DNA of 62,486 nucleotides from Gammaproteobacteria bacterium (GTDB lineage Bacteria; Pseudomonadota; Gammaproteobacteria; HIGHO2-12-38-15): NCBI GenBank assembly GCA_016218405.1, contig JACREE010000012.1, positions 1 to 62,486 of the forward strand, read 5' to 3'. Shown piece by piece: positions 36,778 to 45,685 of this stretch (position 1 is its first letter; each line of letters starts with the position of its first letter). The notes under the pieces were generated by a model. It saw only the letters and a program-made list of their open reading frames with translations, ran no database searches and was not told where the DNA came from. The position numbers and the translations under genes were made by a program.

Positions 36778-37671
36778 ATGAGTCACGACACCAAAAGTAG
36801 CTATTACTTACCTGCGCCCAGTCACTGGCCTATATTAGGTTCAGCTGCCCTGTTTTGCACGATGTTTGGTGCCGCGCATTGGCTGCATGGCAACAGTTAC
36901 GGTCCTTACCTATTCGCACTCGGTATTGCTGTGTTGTTGTTCATGGTGTTTGGTTGGTTTGGTGCTGTCATCAAAGAAAGTTTAGCGGGATTTTATGACA
37001 AACAAGTCGATCATTCTTATCGTTGGGGCATGGTGTGGTTTATTTTTTCTGAGGTCATGTTTTTCGGTGCCTTTTTTGGAGCCTTATTTTACGCGAGAAT
37101 ATCGGCTATTCCTGAATTAGGTGGTGATACCACTTCTATTTTTACTGCTTCAACCCTGACCCATTATCTTATCTGGCCAAATTTTACAGCGCACTGGCCT
37201 GTTTTACACAACCCTGATATGGCTGTTTTTGCAGGCCCTAAACAAGTCATGGAAGCTTGGGGTTTACCCGCCATCAATACCCTTATCTTATTAACAAGTG
37301 GTGCCACGATCACCTGGGCGCATTGGGGGGTAGTGAAAGATAAACGTAAGCATGTGCTATGGGGATTGTTGTTCACGGTATTACTAGGCATCAGCTTTCT
37401 CATCTGCCAGGCCCATGAATACATCACCGCGTATGAACAGTATCAACTACGATTGGATTCAGGTATCTACGGCACCACCTTTTTTATGTTGACAGGTTTC
37501 CACGGTTTACATGTGACCCTCGGCACCATCATGCTCATCGTGATTTTAATACGGGCTTATTTAAATCACTTTAATCCCAAACATCATTTTGCCTTCGAGG
37601 CGGTTTCTTGGTACTGGCATTTTGTAGACGTGGTTTGGTTATTTCTCTTTGTTTTTGTATATTGGCTGTAA
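36778..37671 (+). CDS. ctaE: Cytochrome c oxidase subunit III
   Basis: 297 aa with 7 TM helices, FFMLTGFHGLHV and the WYWHFVDVVW motif. Confidence 0.95.
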   Translation: MSHDTKSSYYLPAPSHWPILGSAALFCTMFGAAHWLHGNSYGPYLFALGIAVLLFMVFGWFGAVIKESLAGFYDKQVDHSYRWGMVWFIFSEVMFFGAFFGALFYARISAIPELGGDTTSIFTASTLTHYLIWPNFTAHWPVLHNPDMAVFAGPKQVMEAWGLPAINTLILLTSGATITWAHWGVVKDKRKHVLWGLLFTVLLGISFLICQAHEYITAYEQYQLRLDSGIYGTTFFMLTGFHGLHVTLGTIMLIVILIRAYLNHFNPKHHFAFEAVSWYWHFVDVVWLFLFVFVYWL

Positions 37672-37681
37672 AAGAAATTTT

Positions 37682-38599
37682 TTAAGGCATGCTCGGCCTA
37701 CGTGAAGGTGGTTCATCGGAAGGGGGCGGTGTCACTGCTGAAGCCGGGGTGTTCGGCGTTTCAGCGTGCAGACTTGCGCTAGAACTGTATTCTTGAGAAG
37801 AGGAGGCGACTGCTTCTCTTCTGATGCCACCGCTGGATTGAACATAATCATGTGATAAAGTGACCAAGTGTTCGGCAAGGTTCTGAATTTCAACCACTTC
37901 GCAGCCACTGCTTCTGATACCCACAAGCTCACTTTGAAGTTGGACGGCGTGATCAAGTTCATTTTTACTTGCGATTTTAAAATTATGAATATAGGGCGCT
38001 ATTTTTTGAGACAGCTTCTCTAGCACTGATTCCAAATTTTTGATTGCTTCGTGATCATCGCTAAGGTCACTTCCTCGTAACCCCCCCATCATTTCTTGTA
38101 TTTGAGCCATATTTTTAAGAGCTAATAAACATTGTTCATGTGTGGTAACTGGAGACATTTTGGTATCTACGTAGTCCTTGAGTGAGTGGCTAAGGTTTTT
38201 AATATAATTCAATGCTTTTTTCATTGGGCTACTTTGAGAGTCATAGCTTTGAGATAAGTGTTGATATGCTTTCTGTATAAATATTGTTGTAAGTAAAGCA
38301 GTTTGAAAATCACCCATATTGCCGACCGCTGTTTTGTCTACGCCGGGAATTTTTTTAATGTCTCTGAGTAAAGGAAGTCCTCGTCCCACTAAATACAGTC
38401 CGTTCAAACTCCAATCCTTTGATTGAATTTTAGTTAAAAGGGCTTCTGTTGAAATAAAATGAGGGTTTTTTAATGTTTGCGCATCGAATAAAGGTTTAAT
38501 TTGATCCAGGTTATCTTGCACCTGCATCGCACAGCCTTTAGCCAGAATAGTATATTCATTATCTGCCATATGCCCCTCCACACTATGCGCATTATTCAT
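37682..38599 (-). CDS. Hypothetical helical protein with a Ser/Pro-rich C-terminal tail (effector candidate)
   Basis: 305-aa ORF in the AT-rich island. I recognise no family. The tail is SSSQEYSSSASLHAETPNTPASAVTPPPSDEPPSRRPSMP. Confidence 0.5.
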   Translation of the reverse strand: MNNAHSVEGHMADNEYTILAKGCAMQVQDNLDQIKPLFDAQTLKNPHFISTEALLTKIQSKDWSLNGLYLVGRGLPLLRDIKKIPGVDKTAVGNMGDFQTALLTTIFIQKAYQHLSQSYDSQSSPMKKALNYIKNLSHSLKDYVDTKMSPVTTHEQCLLALKNMAQIQEMMGGLRGSDLSDDHEAIKNLESVLEKLSQKIAPYIHNFKIASKNELDHAVQLQSELVGIRSSGCEVVEIQNLAEHLVTLSHDYVQSSGGIRREAVASSSQEYSSSASLHAETPNTPASAVTPPPSDEPPSRRPSMP

Positions 38600-38765
38600 C
38601 TTAACTTCAGGAACGAACAGTATTTGCGCTGTTTAGCTTAAAATTAAGCGTAGAACAGAATGAAAATTTTGGCCAATTTTCATCATTATTCAGGGGAATA
38701 TTCACTTTTTTTTAATAAAACAGGGGTAGAATGACTTTACATGAAGGTAGGAGAGATGATTCCGC

Positions 38766-40145
38766 ATGTTATCTTTAAATGAATTTAAAAAAGATGACCC
38801 GATTAGGCTTTATTCTTATAACCCACATCGTCATGTCAAAATTTGGTTAAGTAAAGATCGTGACATTTTTTTAAATCTTGAGAACCAATTACGACTCATT
38901 AGAATGCGCAGCATAAATCAATCAGATGAAATACATTTGGTTTATGATCACAGTTTATTATCTGATCGTGCTTTTAATGAGTTAAATGCGTTTTGTGCAA
39001 AATACAAAATTATTGTTCATGATGTGCAAAAAGATATTATCCCTGCTTGTCGGACGCCAGAAGAAAAGGCGCTCATCACGCTTTATCAAGACGAAATTCA
39101 ACACTTGAATGAAGGGGGTAATGTCGCGGTAGGCAGTGATATTTTACGTTGGTTAAAACCCGTTTATACCTTGGGTACGTACAGTGATTTTGATGTGGCT
39201 GTTGATACGCGTGGGCTACCTGACCGTATGGAAGTACAAAAAAATATTTTGTCGAATATTGGAAGCATATCTGAAGAGTGTTTTTCGAAACAATACGACA
39301 GAGTGGTATTGATCAATGACATTATTGCTGTGGTCTCTCCGGAAACAGCAGAGTCTACTATAAGACAAATACAAACTTCGATTTATGAGGCTTGTTGTGC
39401 CCCTAGCAAAACACTTTGTGATGATTTAGCTCGGTTAGAAGGGAGAGTTAGAAGCGAGTTTGGTTGTTTGCCTAGCGCATCAGATACAGATCCCATCAGA
39501 CATTTAATTCGATTAAGCGAAAAAAAAACCATCCGTGAATCACGAGCAGAGATTATCTGTAAGACAGCAGATAATCACATTTTTTGTAAATGGGTTGAGA
39601 GGACAATAGAGGATCTTGCCAGCCAAATAAGAGGAGAGCTGGATCAATTAACGGGATTAACCGAAAAATGCCCGAACGAAATTAAGAAAGATCCAGCTAT
39701 TTCAGACGATAATGAATTCATAGCAACATATCGTGAAAAAACACGATTTCTATTATTAAAAGATAGCGTTATCTATACAACGGGTCCGATTAGATTGATT
39801 CTAACGTTGTTTCGAAAAGGTATTTATAGAGCTGAAGAGTTTGTAAGGGACGTTATACCCCATGCATTAGCCCATTATCAGTTAGACAGAGCCTTTAAAT
39901 CCGGCCAAGCTTTTCCTATGCATGCAAATGAAGCGTCAGTTAATGAAATTTATGATGCAGATTATGGAGAAAAAAGTGATTTATCTTGGTTAAGTGAAGG
40001 CCGGCATGCAACACGTCTACGTGAAGTGAGAATCAAAACCGCCACTCGAACTATCCAAGGATTTTTCAAAAAACAACAAACTAAAAATAAAAAGAGCCCG
40101 TCTATTAAGCCGGATAATCAACAACACCGTTTAAATACGATTTGA
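38766..40145 (+). CDS. TcdA/TcdB-like (GT44) DXD glycosyltransferase, candidate translocated effector
   Basis: 459 aa. NVAVGSDILRWLKPVYTLGTYSDFDV parallels toxin B [26 protein letters not shown] (DXD = DFD). A later TTGP matches the toxin SGP motif. The C-terminus is basic and polar. Confidence 0.65.
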   Translation: MLSLNEFKKDDPIRLYSYNPHRHVKIWLSKDRDIFLNLENQLRLIRMRSINQSDEIHLVYDHSLLSDRAFNELNAFCAKYKIIVHDVQKDIIPACRTPEEKALITLYQDEIQHLNEGGNVAVGSDILRWLKPVYTLGTYSDFDVAVDTRGLPDRMEVQKNILSNIGSISEECFSKQYDRVVLINDIIAVVSPETAESTIRQIQTSIYEACCAPSKTLCDDLARLEGRVRSEFGCLPSASDTDPIRHLIRLSEKKTIRESRAEIICKTADNHIFCKWVERTIEDLASQIRGELDQLTGLTEKCPNEIKKDPAISDDNEFIATYREKTRFLLLKDSVIYTTGPIRLILTLFRKGIYRAEEFVRDVIPHALAHYQLDRAFKSGQAFPMHANEASVNEIYDADYGEKSDLSWLSEGRHATRLREVRIKTATRTIQGFFKKQQTKNKKSPSIKPDNQQHRLNTI

Positions 40146-40225
40146 TTGACGAGTTAGAGGTTAAAGTATCTTTGGTTTTTATCTTAGATTAGCCTTATAA
40201 TTTCCACACACGTGGAGATCAATTA

Positions 40226-40903
40226 ATGTCGAACTATATAAAAGCAGAATTAGCTTTAAATCACACCGTGATTTACACTGATGAATCTGGAAGATATTTT
40301 CGATTTTCTGCGGGAACATGGTCATGGAGAAATAACAATCCCGGTAATTTAGTTCCAGGAAAAGTGAGTGGAAGACACAACCAAATTGGTTCAACGGGGA
40401 AATTTGCAATATTTCCTGATTATGAAAACGGTCATTTAGCATTGATCGATTGCTTACAAACTACTTATAAAAACTCATCAATTGACGACCTGGTTAAATT
40501 TTATGCGCCAGAAAAAGATGGTAACAACATAAAGAAATATAAAAAATTTCTTCATGACGAAACAGGTGTTAATGATAATAAAAAAGTTAAAGATTTTACT
40601 TCAATCGAGTTTGATAAGTTATGGTGTGCCATTGAAAAAATTGAGGGCTACAAAGAAGGAACTATAACTGAAGTTTTTCCTGTTATTCAAGTCTATAAAA
40701 ACAAGCATGAAATAACTGATTATAATATTAAAACAATGGGGTGGAATGCCAAGCAAGAATGTTTAAAAATGGCCAAACAAGAAATGTTAGATTTGGTTAT
40801 TTGCTCGCACTTAGGAAATGACTATCTTCGAGCTAGATCAGGAAGCTCCATCAATGGAAGTCTTGGTAATTTAGTGGTGAAAGATAAAGTTGTGGGTAAG
40901 TGA
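40226..40903 (+). CDS. Hypothetical cytoplasmic protein (WRNNNPGNL motif domain plus a possible DUF3892-like C-terminus)
   Basis: 225-aa ORF with no signal peptide. Its stop overlaps the downstream ATG (TGATG). Confidence 0.5.
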   Translation: MSNYIKAELALNHTVIYTDESGRYFRFSAGTWSWRNNNPGNLVPGKVSGRHNQIGSTGKFAIFPDYENGHLALIDCLQTTYKNSSIDDLVKFYAPEKDGNNIKKYKKFLHDETGVNDNKKVKDFTSIEFDKLWCAIEKIEGYKEGTITEVFPVIQVYKNKHEITDYNIKTMGWNAKQECLKMAKQEMLDLVICSHLGNDYLRARSGSSINGSLGNLVVKDKVVGK

Positions 40904-41439
40904 TGCATTATTTAAGTGGATTGTTGTTATTTATAGTTTTCTATTTTATTCCGGTAATTGCTTTTGGCATGAATAAAATCGTTTATTTCGAACCGGAAAT
41001 TGTTGAATTAGACGGAGTGATTAAGACATTAAAATTTCCAGGACCTCCTAATTATGAAAATATAAAAACTGGCGATGCTGATGAAACAGGGCTCTATATT
41101 ATATTACATAATTCAATTGATGTTAATCTTGCTACCAATTCTCAAATTGAAAATAATGAGCCAGAGAAAAATGTAAAATTGATTCAGATTCTTATTCAGA
41201 ATAACAACGATTTTAAAAAGATAAAAGATGGTAATATTGTTCATGTTGTTGGCGTGTTATCATCTGCTCTAACAGGGCACCATCATGCCAGGATATTACT
41301 TAAGGTCAATAAAATCAAAATCCTTTCAATGAAAAAAACTATTAGTAAAATGATTTATGTTACAGATGAAGATAAAAAATTTCTAAAATATCAATACTTA
41401 CAACAAACAGGAACGAAATCAGATTTTATGACTGAATAA
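40903..41439 (+). CDS. Secreted/membrane-anchored protein, possibly DUF4431-like (FPGPPNYENIKTGD ... TGHHHA)
   Basis: 178 aa from the ATG at 40903 (the track gives GTG 40900). Has an N-terminal hydrophobic signal/anchor and is translationally coupled to the upstream gene. Confidence 0.5.
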   Translation: MHYLSGLLLFIVFYFIPVIAFGMNKIVYFEPEIVELDGVIKTLKFPGPPNYENIKTGDADETGLYIILHNSIDVNLATNSQIENNEPEKNVKLIQILIQNNNDFKKIKDGNIVHVVGVLSSALTGHHHARILLKVNKIKILSMKKTISKMIYVTDEDKKFLKYQYLQQTGTKSDFMTE

Positions 41440-41440
41440 T

Positions 41441-41926
41441 TTATTTAATAGAAATAATTTTCCCATCAGTTAATTTTTCAATATCCGAAGAACGCAAACT
41501 AAAAACAGCGTTTGGTGTTCCAGCTGCAGCCCATATTTTTTCATGGTGAAGTAAATCATTATCAATAAACGTTTCAATTTTTTGTTTATGACCAATGGGT
41601 GGAACACCTCCAATCGCAAACCCTGTTATCTCACGAGTAAAATTAGCATCCGCTTTTTTTAACTTTTCACCAATATATTTTTCTATGGTTTGTTCATTAA
41701 CACGATTTATTCCGCTAGCAAGAACAAGAATAGGTTTTAGCGACTCTTTGGTTCGAAATAAAAGTGATTTTACAATCTGAGATACCTCACAACCAATCGT
41801 TGTTGCTGCCTCAATCGCTGTACGTGTGCTTGATGGAAGTTCGAGAACTTCGAGATTGAAACCTTTTTGTTTCAAAACATCTTGTACGCTTTGAGCACTT
41901 TTGCTTAACTCATTATTGTTTGACAC
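41441..41926 (-). CDS. YbaK/EbsC-family aminoacyl-tRNA deacylase (trans-editing domain)
   Basis: 161 aa. VKSLLF...ILVLASG..RVN and GFAIGGVPPIGH motifs are typical of YbaK/ProX domains. Confidence 0.7.
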   Translation of the reverse strand: MSNNNELSKSAQSVQDVLKQKGFNLEVLELPSSTRTAIEAATTIGCEVSQIVKSLLFRTKESLKPILVLASGINRVNEQTIEKYIGEKLKKADANFTREITGFAIGGVPPIGHKQKIETFIDNDLLHHEKIWAAAGTPNAVFSLRSSDIEKLTDGKIISIK

Positions 41927-42081
41927 TTGATAACCTCACTTTTGTAGAAAAGCTAATAAAAATTATTTCAAATAAACTCGTTACCCCGATTAACCAAGCT
42001 TGGGCGAAAAGAGAGAGAAAATTATCGTAAAGCTGCTCTATCTTTTTCGCCCGCTTTACTTGGCTATTTACCCATCGTTAA

Positions 42082-42330
42082 CTAGCTTTGTGGACCAGAA
42101 CTCCTCTTAGGCTCAACACATCGATAAAACCCTCCTGTGCCAGCGATAGGCTTGTGTTCAATATCCCAGCCTTTTCTTATGCAGTCATCGATAACTTTGT
42201 ATTGATCATATACCGAATATGCTGCGCCCGCCGTACCGCCTGTTACTATAGTTACTTTCAATGCTTGTTCTGCGGTGGCTCCGGCATTTTTAAAAAATTG
42301 AGTATATTTAGACATGAGGATCTCCTTCAT
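42082..42330 (-). CDS. Small hypothetical protein (82 aa) with a Gly/Ala-rich segment
   Basis: The ORF has GGAG upstream of the internal Met (MSKYTQ...). No family recognised. Confidence 0.35.
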   Translation of the reverse strand: MKEILMSKYTQFFKNAGATAEQALKVTIVTGGTAGAAYSVYDQYKVIDDCIRKGWDIEHKPIAGTGGFYRCVEPKRSSGPQS

Positions 42331-42698
42331 AAAAAATGAATGTAAATAAGGTATTTTGAAATTAAAAAATACCGAACGGATAATAATTGAAAGATTATTA
42401 TCGAATATTTGATGGAAAATTAATTTTGCGTATGCGCCTCGCCAGGCCTAACGTAGATATCTGCCTTATGGCAGAAGGACATTCACTAAAAGGACAAGCA
42501 GGAATTGAGAGGGATTTTCTCGGCCGAAAACGATTGTTGCAGAGCTTTCTGCAGCCAATCTTATGTTTTCAAAGCGTCGAGTATTCATTTGAGATTTAAA
42601 ATAAAAAACATGAATTTTATTTATACCATAAAAAATTAAAAATTCAAATGGTTATTTCTTGTCTCTTCAACTATTTTCCGTTTGCATATAAATGCATC

Positions 42699-44150
42699 TT
42701 ACAAAAAAACCTTATTACAAAGCTCAATCAATCCACTTGGAAATAAACCCAGGATAAGTAGGAGGAGGCCATTGACGCTAATGGCAATCGTGGCATCCAG
42801 GGGAAGGGTGGGGAAGGGGGTGGATTTTTCAGGTTGATCAAAATACATTGTTTTAATGACCGCAATATAATAATACGCACCGATGACAGAAAAAATGAGA
42901 GCCAGTGCAGCCAACCAAACTAAATCTACTTGAACCAGGGCTTGTAATACACTTAATTTTGCAAAAAAACCAATGGTGGGGGGCACGCCCGCCATGGAAA
43001 ACATCACGACCATAACTAAAAAAGCGAGCCAAGGATGTTTGTAATTTAATCCTTGAAAATCTTTAATGGATTCCGCTTCAACGCCCGCTTTGCTTAAGAG
43101 CGCAATCATGGCAAACCCTGCTAATGTCATAAAGGCGTAGGCGATGATATAAAAGGTAGCGGCAGCGTAACCCGCTTGCGTGCCTGAGATTAAGCCAAGC
43201 AGCATATAGCCCATATGTGAAATAGAAGAATAGGCGAGCATGCGTTTAAAATTGGTTTGAACCACCGCCACGATATTACCCAGCGCCATGGATAAAACAG
43301 CCAGGATAATGAAAAACAATTGCCATTGCGTCTGCAAGGTTGGCATGGCTTGAACAAGAAATTTAAACGTAAACCCTAACATCGCGATTTTGGGGGCGCT
43401 ACCTAGAAAAAGCGTCACGATACTCGGCGCACCTTGATACACATCGGGCGCCCAAGCATGGAAGGGGGCTGCACCAAATTTGAAAGCGATGCCCGCAATA
43501 ATAAACACAAGTGCACAAGCAAATACGGTGTTGTGAGTTGCAGTACCTTGAGAAAAAATAATGGCGGCTTCTGAAATGCTCAATGAATGCGTGACGCCAT
43601 AAAGCAAGGAAATACCATAAAGCAACATGGCAGATGCCAGCGAACCCATGATGAAATATTTCATGGCGGCTTCTGAGGCTATTCCAGATGAACGTCTGAG
43701 GGCAATCATGGCATAAAGTGGTAGGGATTGCAGTTCCAGGCCCAAAAACAGCGGTAGAAAATTTTGTGAAGAGACCATGAGCATCATGCCCAAAACGGAA
43801 AATAAGCCGAGGGTGTAGTATTCCCCTAATGGCATTTTTGTTTCTTCAAGGAAGGAACGAGCATATAAAAATGAAAACAAACTTGTTAAACAAATAAAAA
43901 CATTCAGTAAACTGGAAAGAGGATCTGCCATGAACATGCCAAAAAAGGCAGAGGTTTGTGGTTTATTCAGTGCACATAGACTTAAACAAATCACGCCTAA
44001 TAATGCCAATTGAGTTAAATAATACGGAATGCGTGGGCACAGACGTGAGAAAAAAAGATCGGCTAACAAGACAATACAGGTCATGCTCAATAAGGCTATT
44101 TCTGGCAGAGCGGGTGTGGCGTTAGCAAAAAATGTAGATAGATACATCAC
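42699..44150 (-). CDS. nuoN: NADH-quinone oxidoreductase subunit N
   Basis: 483-aa polytopic antiporter-like subunit, last gene of the nuo operon. Confidence 0.95.
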   Translation of the reverse strand: MMYLSTFFANATPALPEIALLSMTCIVLLADLFFSRLCPRIPYYLTQLALLGVICLSLCALNKPQTSAFFGMFMADPLSSLLNVFICLTSLFSFLYARSFLEETKMPLGEYYTLGLFSVLGMMLMVSSQNFLPLFLGLELQSLPLYAMIALRRSSGIASEAAMKYFIMGSLASAMLLYGISLLYGVTHSLSISEAAIIFSQGTATHNTVFACALVFIIAGIAFKFGAAPFHAWAPDVYQGAPSIVTLFLGSAPKIAMLGFTFKFLVQAMPTLQTQWQLFFIILAVLSMALGNIVAVVQTNFKRMLAYSSISHMGYMLLGLISGTQAGYAAATFYIIAYAFMTLAGFAMIALLSKAGVEAESIKDFQGLNYKHPWLAFLVMVVMFSMAGVPPTIGFFAKLSVLQALVQVDLVWLAALALIFSVIGAYYYIAVIKTMYFDQPEKSTPFPTLPLDATIAISVNGLLLLILGLFPSGLIELCNKVFL

Positions 44151-44166
44151 GTTTAATGACCTCTCT

Positions 44167-45681
44167 TTATAATTTCGACTGCATGCTTAAGCTGAGCAGA
44201 TGTTCGACTGTGGGATGAAATATATTTAATAGAGGCTGAGGATACACACCCAGCAGCAAAATGGTCAGTGCAAGCAAAACAAAAACCAACTTATCCCATG
44301 CATCGAGATCGATTAAGGTATTTACTTTTTCATTAATAATTTTTCCATAGAAGACGCGTTTATACATCCATAGTGTGTAAGCAGCACTTAACACCACGGT
44401 GCTGGTGGCTAATAAACTAATCCAAGGGCTGGCTTGAAATACACTTAAAACCACCATGAATTCGCCGACGAAACCCGAGGTGCCTGGTAAGCCCACGTTC
44501 CCCATGGCAAAGACCATGAAGAGTGCGGCAAAAATTGGCATTTTGTTTGCAACACCACCGTAGTCGCGGATAAGGCGTGTGTGAAGTTGATGGTAAAGCA
44601 CTCCCACACCAAAGAACATGGCGGCAGAAGTAAAACCATGTGAAATCATTTGGACTAAGGCACCCTCAATACTCATGTAAGCATGCGTTAAACTCCCCGT
44701 ATTTTGGACGATACGGTAAATCGCAAAGCAACCCAAGGTCACAAATCCCATGTGCGCAATCGAAGAGTAGGCAATCAATCGCTTCATGTCTTTTTGTACA
44801 ATGGCAACAAAACCAATATAAATAACCGCAAACAACGAGAGTGTGATCATCAACCAATCAAGATGACGACAGGCATCGGGCACAATAGGCAAACTGAAAC
44901 GCAAGAAACCATAAGCGCCTATTTTTAGCATGATGGCCGCTAGCACAGCTGAACCGCCAGCGGGTGCTTCGGTGTGCGCATCGGGCAACCAAGTATGCAC
45001 AGGAAACATGGGCACTTTGACTGCAAAGGCGAGTAGAAAAGCAAAGAAAATAAGAAGCTGGGGCAAGATGGCAAGTTTGACGGAGTAAAAATCTAAAATG
45101 GAGAAAGAGTGAGCTTGGAAGCCTAAATAAATGAGCGCAACCAACATCAGTGCTGAACCAAAAAAAGTATATAGAAAAAATTTAATAGAAGCATAAAACC
45201 GATTATTGCTACCCCACATGCCAATACAAAGATACATGGGGATAAGCATGCTTTCCCAGAATACATAAAACAACATGGCATCCAGCGCGGCAAACACGCC
45301 CACGATGACACCTTGCATGATTAAAAAAGCGGCCAGGTATTGAGAGATTTTTTGTTTTATTGAATGCCAACTTGCCAACAATACCAAAAAATTAATGTAG
45401 CAAGTGAGGACAATCATGGGCATGGAAATACCATCAACACCCAAAGTATAGCGAATAGCATAGGCGGGAATCCAAGTATAGTTTTCTTGGAATTGCATGA
45501 GTGCGGTATTCATGTCAAAACGGTGATAAAGCACACTACATAAAATAAGGGTAATGACGGAGCTGGCTAAAGCCAGTATTTTCGAAGTGCGGGGGTGTTT
45601 GTCGCCTGTGAATGCAAGCACGGCAACACCAGCCAGAATAGGAAACCAAATTAAAGTGCTTAGCAAAGAATGTTCTAACAT
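44167..45681 (-). CDS. nuoM: NADH-quinone oxidoreductase subunit M
   Basis: 504-aa antiporter-like subunit (WLPDAHTEAP motif). Confidence 0.96.
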   Translation of the reverse strand: MLEHSLLSTLIWFPILAGVAVLAFTGDKHPRTSKILALASSVITLILCSVLYHRFDMNTALMQFQENYTWIPAYAIRYTLGVDGISMPMIVLTCYINFLVLLASWHSIKQKISQYLAAFLIMQGVIVGVFAALDAMLFYVFWESMLIPMYLCIGMWGSNNRFYASIKFFLYTFFGSALMLVALIYLGFQAHSFSILDFYSVKLAILPQLLIFFAFLLAFAVKVPMFPVHTWLPDAHTEAPAGGSAVLAAIMLKIGAYGFLRFSLPIVPDACRHLDWLMITLSLFAVIYIGFVAIVQKDMKRLIAYSSIAHMGFVTLGCFAIYRIVQNTGSLTHAYMSIEGALVQMISHGFTSAAMFFGVGVLYHQLHTRLIRDYGGVANKMPIFAALFMVFAMGNVGLPGTSGFVGEFMVVLSVFQASPWISLLATSTVVLSAAYTLWMYKRVFYGKIINEKVNTLIDLDAWDKLVFVLLALTILLLGVYPQPLLNIFHPTVEHLLSLSMQSKL

Positions 45682-45685
45682 TAAA

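Noticed and set aside
40179-40442. 87-aa minus-strand ORF overlapping the start of the 225-aa gene
   Set aside because: It is antisense to a longer ORF that has a coupled downstream partner. Its translation looks random and it has no RBS.
42002-42059. Interleaved inverted repeats (GGGCGAAAA...TTTTCGCCC and GTAAAGC...GCTTTAC) between the 82-aa ORF and ybaK
   Set aside because: The arms are short and the loops large. It may be a weak terminator for the small ORF. There is not enough signal to call an RNA element.
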